A DNA stretch of 32,538 bases from Eubacteriales bacterium (GTDB taxonomy: Bacteria; Bacillota; Clostridia; Oscillospirales; CAG-272). Numbering within the stretch: the stretch's first letter is position 1; each line of letters opens with the position of its first letter. The stretch is taken from contig JAZLCC010000049.1 of NCBI GenBank assembly GCA_045614065.1, forward strand, positions 1 through 32,538, read 5' to 3'. Under the pieces are notes generated by a model that searched no databases, was not told where the DNA came from, and saw only the letters and a program-made list of their open reading frames with translations. Positions 1 through 6,890 of this stretch are shown here, piece by piece. Made by a program: the position numbers and the translations under genes.

Positions 1-50
1 TATTTTTTAATATTTAGTGCAATTTTGTTATGTGCTTAATGCGAGAGTCT

Positions 51-206
51 CTATGTTTTTTTATGACACTCGCCGTGCATAGCACAAGACGAGCAGGAAT
101 TTCCGCAAGAGCATTTGCCCTTTTTCTTATCCCTCACTATCGAGAAAACGGCAAGCGCCACGATAGCGGATATTATTAAAATTACTATTACCGTAGGCCA
201 CCACAT
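51..206 (-). CDS. FeoB-associated Cys-rich small membrane protein (51 aa)
   Basis: This ORF is absent from the ORF track because it is under 60 aa. Hand translation from the ATG (204-206) gives MWWPTVIVILIISAIVALAVFSIVRDKKKGKCSCGNSCSSCAMHGECHKKT, with stop TAG at 51-53. An AGGAGA Shine-Dalgarno lies 6 nt upstream and the ORF starts 20 nt after the feoB stop. It has one TM helix plus a Cys-rich tail, as expected for this family. Confidence 0.7.
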   Translation of the reverse strand: MWWPTVIVILIISAIVALAVFSIVRDKKKGKCSCGNSCSSCAMHGECHKKT

Positions 207-226
207 AATTTTTCTCCTATCAAAAC

Positions 227-2482
227 TTAATTTTTAGCTTTTTTAGCTTTGTTAGCGTCAGGTCTAAAGAGGAAAAACGCACCCACGCCAAGCACCAAGA
301 GAGCTCCTGCGAGTCCTACTATGCTAAGTGCAAGATTTGTCGCTCCGAATCCGCCAAGGAAGAGAGAGCCCACCTGATATATAACAAGTGAGAAGGCATA
401 CGCAAGCACGGTTTGATAACCGAGTGCAAAAAATGTCCATTTCCAGCTATTCATTTCTCTTCTAATTGCGCCTATTGCCGCAAAGCAAGGAGCGCAAAGA
501 AGATTGAATATGAGGAACGAGAATGCCGCGAGAGCCGCAAGCGACTCGGTGGATCCCAAGGATGCTCTGAAGGCACTCCAAACCTCTGCGCCGTTCTCCG
601 AAACCTCGGAAAGGCCGTAAAGCACGCCAAGCGTTGCAACGATATTCTCCTTTGCAATAAGACCCGTAATAATAGCCACAGCCGCCTGCCAAAATCCAAA
701 TCCCAACGGCACAAACAAATATGCCACGGGCTTGCCGATATAGGCAAGAAGCGAATTCGATGCGTCCTCAACCGCAACGAAGGCTCCGTTCTCAAAGCCG
801 AAATACTGCAAAAACCAAAGAACTATCGCCGAAATGAGTATTACCGTTCCCGCCTTTTTTATAAAGGACCATGCACGCTCACCGATCGAGCGAAGAAGGT
901 TTTTCGCGGTGGGCATATGGTATGCGGGAAGCTCCATAACAAACGGCGATGCGTCGCCCGCAAAGAGCTTTGTCTTTTTAAGCATCAATCCCGAAAGAAT
1001 GACTGCAAGAACTCCTATGAAGAATGCGCTAACCGAAATGAGCGCTGCCCCCACTGCGTTGCTTCCGAACATTACGCCCGAAATAAGCGCTATTACGGGG
1101 AGCTTTGCACTACACGGAATAAAGCTTGTCGTAACGATAGTCATTCTGCGGTCGCGCAGATTTTCAATCGTTCGGCTTGCCATAATACCCGGTACGCTAC
1201 ATCCCGTTCCTATAAGCATAGGAATAAAGGATTTACCCGAAAGACCGAATTTGCGGAATATCTTATCCATAACAAATGCTATTCTCGACATATATCCGCA
1301 AGCCTCTAAAAACGCAAGGAAGGTAAAGAGGATTATCATCTGCGGTACGAATCCAAGCACTGCGCCGACGCCGCCAATAATTCCATCCTGAATAAGCGAG
1401 TAGAGCCACTCGGGAACCGTGTATGCTCCCGCCTCGTTTATTAAAAGCATATCCATAAGCTCGGGAATAGATTTCCAAGAAGCCATAAAGCTTGGCAAAA
1501 CACCGTCCTCTGCAGCTGCCGAGAATGAACCAAAAAGTCCCTCGTTCATAAAATCAACGGTAAATGCACCAACAGAGCCTATCGAAACAAAATAAACGCA
1601 GAACATTATAAGCGCAAATATAGGAAGCGCCAACCAACGGTTTGTAACTATCCTATCTATCTTATCCGACGTTGAAAGTCTGCCTGCGCGCTTTCTTTTG
1701 TAAACTCCGTCAAGTATTCTTGCAACGTAAAGATAGCGCTCGTTTGTTATAATGCTCTCGGAATCGTCGTCAAGCTCGGTTTCAACCTCAACGATATCCT
1801 CCTCGATATGAGCAACCTTATCCGCATCGAGCGAAAGCTGCTCTATCGCGCGCTCATCACGCTCAAACATTTTTATGGCGTACCATCTTTGCATCTCACG
1901 AGGCTGATCGTGCAGAGCCGCCTCCTCGATATGAGCAAGCGCATGCTCAACAAGGCCCGAGAAAATATGCTCGGGAGTTTTTTTACCGTTCTTTGCTCTT
2001 TCTATCGCCGCATTTGCCGCCTCCTCGATACCGAGCCCCTTGAGAGCCGATATTTCAATAACGGGACAGCGAAGCCTCTCGGAGAGCTTCTCAATATTTA
2101 TCTTATCTCCCTGTCTGCGAAGCACGTCTACCATATTTATTGCTACTACCACAGGTATTCCGAGCTCCATAAGCTGAGTTGTAAGATAAAGATTTCTCTC
2201 GATATTGGTGCCGTCAACGATATTAAGTATCGCATCGGGGCGCTCAATTGTAAGATAGTTTCTTGCCACAACCTCTTCAAGCGTATAAGGAGAAAGACTG
2301 TATATACCGGGTAGGTCAACAACTACCGCTCCGTCATGCTTTTTAAGCTTTCCCTCTTTCTTCTCCACGGTAACGCCGGGCCAGTTTCCAACGGTTTGGT
2401 TAAGTCCCGTTAAGGCGTTGAAAAGCGTGGTCTTTCCGCAGTTTGGATTGCCCGCAAGGGCTATCCTTAGATTTTCTGCCAT
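227..2482 (-). CDS. feoB: Ferrous iron transporter FeoB
   Basis: The N-terminal G domain carries GNPNCGKTTLFN and DLPGIYS motifs and is followed by a long polytopic membrane domain. I prefer the internal ATG at 2480-2482 (MAENLRIALAG), which is preceded by AGGAAA. The ORF-track start at 2518 adds 12 aa and overlaps that RBS. Confidence 0.95.
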   Translation of the reverse strand: MAENLRIALAGNPNCGKTTLFNALTGLNQTVGNWPGVTVEKKEGKLKKHDGAVVVDLPGIYSLSPYTLEEVVARNYLTIERPDAILNIVDGTNIERNLYLTTQLMELGIPVVVAINMVDVLRRQGDKINIEKLSERLRCPVIEISALKGLGIEEAANAAIERAKNGKKTPEHIFSGLVEHALAHIEEAALHDQPREMQRWYAIKMFERDERAIEQLSLDADKVAHIEEDIVEVETELDDDSESIITNERYLYVARILDGVYKRKRAGRLSTSDKIDRIVTNRWLALPIFALIMFCVYFVSIGSVGAFTVDFMNEGLFGSFSAAAEDGVLPSFMASWKSIPELMDMLLINEAGAYTVPEWLYSLIQDGIIGGVGAVLGFVPQMIILFTFLAFLEACGYMSRIAFVMDKIFRKFGLSGKSFIPMLIGTGCSVPGIMASRTIENLRDRRMTIVTTSFIPCSAKLPVIALISGVMFGSNAVGAALISVSAFFIGVLAVILSGLMLKKTKLFAGDASPFVMELPAYHMPTAKNLLRSIGERAWSFIKKAGTVILISAIVLWFLQYFGFENGAFVAVEDASNSLLAYIGKPVAYLFVPLGFGFWQAAVAIITGLIAKENIVATLGVLYGLSEVSENGAEVWSAFRASLGSTESLAALAAFSFLIFNLLCAPCFAAIGAIRREMNSWKWTFFALGYQTVLAYAFSLVIYQVGSLFLGGFGATNLALSIVGLAGALLVLGVGAFFLFRPDANKAKKAKN

Positions 2483-2544
2483 AAAAATTTCCTTTCTGTA
2501 GTTAGATATTTCGGACATCGCTAAGCTTTATCCTATACCATTTC

Positions 2545-2562
2545 GGTTAGCGTATGCTAACC
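2545..2562. promoter_or_regulatory. 18-nt palindrome GGTTAGC-gtat-GCTAACC in the feoA-feoB spacer; candidate metalloregulator operator or RNA hairpin
   Basis: The arms are a perfect 7-bp inverted repeat with a 4-nt spacer. Architecture and core match the site at 2869-2886. The half-sites resemble the GGTTAG/CTAACC core of DtxR/IdeR boxes. Confidence 0.4.
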
Positions 2563-2604
2563 TTACTTGCGCAAAATTGCGGGGCATCCTTGCCCCTTTA
2601 AATT

Positions 2605-2838
2605 TTAGCCTTTTATTTGTTCGACCTCGATCATATCGGCGTCGGCCTTACGAAGCGAAAGCTCGTAGCCGCGAACCTGAAGCTCCATAGGGTCTCCGAG
2701 AGGAGCAAACTTGCGGACGTATATCTGCACGCCCTTGGTTATGCCCATATCCATTATACGGCGCTTGATTGCGCCCTGCCCGTGAAGCTTTACAACCTTG
2801 ACGGTCTCGCCAACCTTGGCATCCTTTAAAGTGATCAT
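2605..2838 (-). CDS. feoA: FeoA family iron transport protein
   Basis: A 77-aa SH3-like FeoA sequence (VKVVKLHGQGAIKRRIMDMGITKGVQIYV) sits immediately upstream of feoB. A GGAGTG RBS precedes the ATG at 2836-2838. Confidence 0.9.
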   Translation of the reverse strand: MITLKDAKVGETVKVVKLHGQGAIKRRIMDMGITKGVQIYVRKFAPLGDPMELQVRGYELSLRKADADMIEVEQIKG

Positions 2839-2868
2839 TTTCTACGCGTTCACTCCTGTCCAAATTTG

Positions 2869-2886
2869 AGTTAGCCACTGCTAACT
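2869..2886. promoter_or_regulatory. 18-nt palindrome AGTTAGC-cact-GCTAACT overlapping the predicted feoA transcription start; candidate DtxR-family operator
   Basis: The arms are a perfect 7-bp inverted repeat with a 4-nt spacer. The site starts about 7 nt downstream of the feoA -10 box. It shares the GTTAGC-N4-GCTAAC core with 2545-2562. Confidence 0.45.
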
Positions 2887-2892
2887 GATAAT

Positions 2893-2921
2893 ATTATACA
2901 CTACCGCAAGCAGTTTGTCAA
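2893..2921 (-). promoter_or_regulatory. Sigma-A type promoter for feoA-feoB
   Basis: On the minus strand, TTGACA (2916-2921), a 17-nt spacer and TATAAT (2893-2898) match the consensus hexamers exactly. Confidence 0.6.
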
Positions 2922-2955
2922 TAATTTTGGAAAATTTTTTTATTTTTTTTAGCTA

Positions 2956-2984
2956 TTTACAAATCGCCGAGGCTATGATATAAT
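2956..2984 (+). promoter_or_regulatory. Sigma-A type promoter for the DtxR-family regulator gene
   Basis: TTTACA (2956-2961), a 17-nt spacer and TGaTATAAT (extended -10, TATAAT at 2979-2984) lie divergent to the feoA promoter. Confidence 0.55.
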
Positions 2985-3021
2985 AGTTATGTAAAATTTT
3001 CACAAAAAAAGGAGTGTCATC

Positions 3022-3390
3022 ATGTCAATTCAAGAATCGGGCGAAATGTATATCGAAAATATTTACGTACTGACAAAGCAGAACGATAAGGTACGCTCTA
3101 TCGACGTTTGTGAAAGAATGGGATATTCAAAGCCGAGCGTTAGCCGAGCAATCGGAATTCTTAAGCGAAGCGGATATATCGAGGTAGACCCATCGGGCTA
3201 TATTACCCTTACCGAGAGCGGAATAAACGTTGCCGAGCGCATCTACGAGCGCCACACGATACTCACAGAATTTCTTGTTTCTATCGGCGTCCCGCGCGAG
3301 GTGGCAACGCTTGACGCTTGCAAAATGGAGCATATATTGAGCGATGAGGCTTTTGAGGCTATCAAAAAAAGCATCAGCAAAAACTCTTAA
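3022..3390 (+). CDS. DtxR/MntR-family metal-dependent transcriptional repressor
   Basis: The 122-aa product has an N-terminal winged HTH (YSKPSVSRAIGILKRSGYI) and a metal-binding/dimerisation segment (ERHTILTEFL...CKMEHILSDE). An AAAGGAG RBS is present. The gene is divergent from the feo operon. Confidence 0.85.
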   Translation: MSIQESGEMYIENIYVLTKQNDKVRSIDVCERMGYSKPSVSRAIGILKRSGYIEVDPSGYITLTESGINVAERIYERHTILTEFLVSIGVPREVATLDACKMEHILSDEAFEAIKKSISKNS

Positions 3391-3443
3391 TGCTCATTTG
3401 TAATTTTCAACACAAAAATTTTCAAAAAATGTCAAAACTCTTA

Positions 3444-3472
3444 TTGACATAAATCGACTTATATGCTAAAAT
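3444..3472 (+). promoter_or_regulatory. Near-consensus extended -10 promoter upstream of the AraC-family gene
   Basis: TTGACA (3444-3449), a 17-nt spacer and TGcTAAAAT (hexamer 3467-3472). Confidence 0.5.
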
Positions 3473-3475
3473 ATT

Positions 3476-3515
3476 AAACGGAATTCCCACGGGGAGTTCC
3501 GTTTTTATCGTTTTA
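3476..3515 (+). terminator. Intrinsic terminator-like hairpin with U-tract
   Basis: AAACGGAATTCCC (3476-3488) pairs with GGG(G)AGTTCCGTTT (3491-3504) with one bulge. The hairpin is followed by TTTTTATCGTTTTA. It lies 86 nt after the DtxR-family stop and directly after the 3444-3472 promoter. Confidence 0.55.
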
Positions 3516-3568
3516 TACCGCCATAGACGGCTAAAATATATTATTGGATTTTGAAAGAGAGCTTTAAG

Positions 3569-4375
3569 ATGTCAAAAAAATTTGATATTTCAAATCTTAT
3601 ATTCGTTTCACTCGACGACGTTCGCAGAGTAAATCTTCCCGTAGGCTCGGCTATCTCCTCGGTTGCCGCTCATTCATCTCTTATTGTAAGAAAAAGCGGA
3701 AGCGCTATTTATACCTTTGAGGGCAAGAGCTACGAATCAAGCTCGGATACCGTTCTTTTTATTGCAAAAGGAAGTGAATATAGCCTTTCCATCGAGCAAT
3801 CGGGAGAATGCACGGTTATCGAATTTGACATATCCCCCGCTCAGGCAGAGGAATTCTTCCAAAACGGAGCTGTATATCAATATATGACGCTTGGAGATAA
3901 GAGTATTTCCAAGATAGTAAAAAATCTTCGCCAATTCTACGGTTTGCGAGGCCCTGCATACTATTCCAAGTGCTTCTCCGAGCTTTATTCCTTGATAACT
4001 CAGATATCGACCATTCACGCATTCAATTACTCGCTTGCGGGCAAGTACGGAATAATACACGCATCAGTGAAATTCATTGAGGAAAACTACTCCCGCCAGG
4101 ACCTCTACACCCCAATGCTCGCAGAGCTTTCGGGAATAGGCGAGACCTACTACCGCAACATCTTCTTAGCGGTATTCAATATGCCCCCTGCACACTACAT
4201 TCAGCTTTACAGAGTTGAAAAATCCAAGGAGCTTTTGCTTAACACCTCGGCAACCATTGAGGAGATCGCCGTTGCCGTTGGATTTGCAAACTCCTCGTAT
4301 TTCTGCAAGGTCTTTAAGAACCTTACGAATATGACTCCCTCGGATTTTGCGCAAAACTGCCGCTCCATCGGTTAA
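3569..4375 (+). CDS. AraC-family transcriptional regulator (cupin-like N-domain plus C-terminal double HTH)
   Basis: The C-terminus carries AraC signature segments (IEEIAVAVGFANSSYFCKVFKNLTNMTPSDF). I prefer the ATG at 3569 (MSKKFD) after AAAGAGAG over the TTG at 3551. Confidence 0.85.
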   Translation: MSKKFDISNLIFVSLDDVRRVNLPVGSAISSVAAHSSLIVRKSGSAIYTFEGKSYESSSDTVLFIAKGSEYSLSIEQSGECTVIEFDISPAQAEEFFQNGAVYQYMTLGDKSISKIVKNLRQFYGLRGPAYYSKCFSELYSLITQISTIHAFNYSLAGKYGIIHASVKFIEENYSRQDLYTPMLAELSGIGETYYRNIFLAVFNMPPAHYIQLYRVEKSKELLLNTSATIEEIAVAVGFANSSYFCKVFKNLTNMTPSDFAQNCRSIG

Positions 4376-4418
4376 AATCATTTTGATAACGTAATCTTAT
4401 ATAGAAAGCTAATTTAAT

Positions 4419-5189
4419 ATGAAAATTCTTGCAATAGGTGACGTCGTTGGCAAAAACGCCGTAGGTCATCTTCAAAAAAAGCTTTGGGATATTCGAAAAG
4501 ATCTTAAGGCAGACTTCGCTGTTGTAAACGGAGAAAACGCATCGGATATATACGGCATCGACGAGAACGAGGCAAAGACGATCTTCTCGGCAGGAGCCGA
4601 CGTTATAACCCTTGGAAATCACGCATTTGGAAGAAAAAACATCTTCTCTATGCTCTCGGACAGTGAGACCATTATCCGCCCCGCAAATTATCCGCCGTTG
4701 GCACCCGGTGGCGGCTACACGATACTGAATATATGCGGTTGGAGAATACTTTGCATAAACGTTATGGGAACGGTGTTTATGGAGTCGCTTGCCTGCCCCT
4801 TTGCAACGGTTGATAAGATCCTCGACCGTGAAAAAGGCAACTACGATATATCCGTTATGGATATACACGCAGAATCCACGTCCGAAAAGATAGCGCTTGC
4901 ACGCTATTTTGACGGAAGAATAAACGTTATGTTTGGAACTCACACACACGTTCAAACCGCTGATGAGCAGATATTGCCGCACGGTAGCGGATACATTACC
5001 GACCTTGGAATGGTTGGACCTATAAACGGAATAATCGGCTCCTCTGCCGATGCCGTTATTGAGCGTGCGCGCACAAAAATATCCTCTCGCCTCACCGTTG
5101 CCGACGGCGAGATACGTGCTACGGGCGCTCTCTTTGAGATCAACGAGGACACAAAAAAGGTTACTCGCGTAACGAGAATAGTATTTTAA
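4419..5189 (+). CDS. ymdB: YmdB-like metallophosphoesterase (2',3'-cyclic-nucleotide phosphodiesterase family)
   Basis: Family motifs run in the expected order over the full length: GDVVG, NGENA, GNHAF, RPANYP, DIHAESTSEK, GTHTHVQTADE. Confidence 0.85.
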   Translation: MKILAIGDVVGKNAVGHLQKKLWDIRKDLKADFAVVNGENASDIYGIDENEAKTIFSAGADVITLGNHAFGRKNIFSMLSDSETIIRPANYPPLAPGGGYTILNICGWRILCINVMGTVFMESLACPFATVDKILDREKGNYDISVMDIHAESTSEKIALARYFDGRINVMFGTHTHVQTADEQILPHGSGYITDLGMVGPINGIIGSSADAVIERARTKISSRLTVADGEIRATGALFEINEDTKKVTRVTRIVF

Positions 5190-5200
5190 GGAAAAATAAT

Positions 5201-5599
5201 ATGTCAGAAAAGCTAAACACCTATTCAAGCGCCTCTCTCGCCTATCTTGGCGACTGTATAATAGAGCTTTGCGTAAGAGAATATCTCGTTAAGGAAAAAG
5301 GCTTTTCCTCCTCCGCAAAGCTTAATAAAGAGGCTCTCGCCTTTGTTAAGGCATCACGCCAAGCAGAGGCTATGAAGCAGATACAGGACCTTCTCACCGA
5401 GGAAGAAAGCGGCGTTTTTCACCGAGGACGCAATATGGGTCATTCAGGCACGCCGAAATCGGCAACTATGGCAGAATACCGCAACGCTACGGGAATGGAA
5501 GCGCTTTTTGGCTGGCTCCACCTTGCGGGCAAAAAGGAACGCATCGACGAGCTCTTTCGAGTTGCCTACCGCCTCGACTCAACCGATTCTAACGAATAA
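5201..5599 (+). CDS. mrnC: Mini-ribonuclease 3
   Basis: The 132-aa product has the RNase III-like signature LAYLGDCIIELCVREYL and a later NATGMEALFG. An AAGGAA RBS is present. Confidence 0.85.
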   Translation: MSEKLNTYSSASLAYLGDCIIELCVREYLVKEKGFSSSAKLNKEALAFVKASRQAEAMKQIQDLLTEEESGVFHRGRNMGHSGTPKSATMAEYRNATGMEALFGWLHLAGKKERIDELFRVAYRLDSTDSNE

Positions 5600-5640
5600 T
5601 AAAGCATCAACGCAATAAACCCAACACAAGGAGAAAAGAA

Positions 5641-6147
5641 ATGAACAACCCCATTATTAAGATCAACGTAAAGGGTCTTGGCTCTATGACTGCCGAGCTC
5701 TATCCCGAAAAGGCTCCTCTCACCGTTGCAAACTTTGTAAAGCTTGCAGAGAGCGGATTTTACGAGGGACTTATATTCCACCGCGTTATCAGCGGATTTA
5801 TGATTCAGGGCGGTGGCTACACCGAGGATATGCAGGATACCGACGCAGAGTCTATCCGTGGCGAATTCAGAGCAAACGGCTTCCCTATGAACGATTTGAA
5901 GCACGTTCGCGGCGTTCTCTCTATGGCTCGCACCAACGTTCCAAACTCGGCATCGTCGCAGTTCTTCGTAATGCACAAGGATTCCCCATTCCTTGACGGT
6001 CAGTATGCGGCATTCGGTATGCTCACCGACGGATTTGACGTGCTTGACGCTATTGCAAGCACCGAAACGGGAAACTACGGCTGGTATATGCAGGACGTTC
6101 CCACAACGCCTATCGTTATTGAGAGCGTAGAGGTTATTTCTAAATAA
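5641..6147 (+). CDS. ppiB: Cyclophilin-type peptidyl-prolyl cis-trans isomerase
   Basis: Cyclophilin motifs FHRVISGFMIQGG, SMAR and SQFFV occur in a 168-aa product. An AAGGAGA RBS is present. Confidence 0.9.
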   Translation: MNNPIIKINVKGLGSMTAELYPEKAPLTVANFVKLAESGFYEGLIFHRVISGFMIQGGGYTEDMQDTDAESIRGEFRANGFPMNDLKHVRGVLSMARTNVPNSASSQFFVMHKDSPFLDGQYAAFGMLTDGFDVLDAIASTETGNYGWYMQDVPTTPIVIESVEVISK

Positions 6148-6149
6148 GC

Positions 6150-6195
6150 AAATGGCTGTCTCACAAATTTGTAAGACAGCCATTTTTTTGTTTTT
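6150..6195 (+). terminator. Intrinsic terminator after ppiB (also faces the convergent 6201-6890 gene)
   Basis: A 12-bp stem pairs AAATGGCTGTCT (6150-6161) with AGACAGCCATTT (6174-6185). It is followed by TTTTGTTTTT. Confidence 0.7.
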
Positions 6196-6200
6196 ACTCA

Positions 6201-6890
6201 TCAAACGTAAATTATCAATTCTTTTTTATTTTGTCTGCGGAGGTACTGCTTTAGCGGAAAAACAGTCTTAACGCTCAATGCCTTTTTAGGGCATATCTCC
6301 ACACATTTTAAGCATCTCATACATTTATCCGACGGAATACCGTAATGTATAGCGTTCAAAGAGCACTTCTCGGCACAGATATTGCAATTTTTGCAGTTCG
6401 AATAATTGTTATATATCTTCACTCCCATTCGGCTTCTGAATGCGGGAGAAACGTTAGCAAGAGGATTTTTATAAAGTCTTGGTATCTTAACGGGTTTGGG
6501 AGCCTTTACCTTATCTATTATCGGCAAAAGCTTATCAAAATCCAAAAACTCAACGTCATCATCAATGTAGGAATGCTTGGTTGGAATATACGCTCCCGCA
6601 ACTACGTTCATTTTATATTGGTTTTGAATTTCGTATATAACGTTACCGCAACAAATTTTGCCGTAGGTTGCCACAACCGTCAAAGCCTTTACCGAGGATT
6701 TTTCCAAAAAGCTCTTAACTATGTACGGAATATTCTGACAGTGAACGGGAAAAACAAGAACAAGATTATCAAACTCGTAATCATTATTTTTCTCGATATT
6801 AACAAGAGGATAATCGAGCTGCTCGGAAAAATATTCCGCAATTTTCTTGCTACGACCTGAATTTGAATAAAAAACTACCGCATTAATCAT
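6201..6890 (-). CDS. Flavodoxin-like domain fused to a 2x[4Fe-4S] ferredoxin domain (EFR1-like)
   Basis: The N-terminus is flavodoxin-like (VVFYSNSGRSKKIAEYF). There are two CX2CX2CX3C motifs (CKNCNICAEKC and CMRCLKCVEIC). The ATG at 6888-6890 overlaps the upstream gene's TGA as ATGA. Confidence 0.75.
   Translation of the reverse strand: MINAVVFYSNSGRSKKIAEYFSEQLDYPLVNIEKNNDYEFDNLVLVFPVHCQNIPYIVKSFLEKSSVKALTVVATYGKICCGNVIYEIQNQYKMNVVAGAYIPTKHSYIDDDVEFLDFDKLLPIIDKVKAPKPVKIPRLYKNPLANVSPAFRSRMGVKIYNNYSNCKNCNICAEKCSLNAIHYGIPSDKCMRCLKCVEICPKKALSVKTVFPLKQYLRRQNKKELIIYV

Noticed and set aside
2528-2587. A 19-aa ORF in the feoA-feoB spacer with an AAGGGG upstream
   Set aside because: It is very short and overlaps the two spacer hairpins, which explain the region better. 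There is no supporting evidence.
4323-5228. A 301-aa minus-strand ORF
   Set aside because: It is antisense to the clearly recognisable ymdB-like gene. The same reasoning applies to 413-1309 (+) and 834-1391 (+) inside feoB, and to 5566-6204 (-) opposite ppiB.
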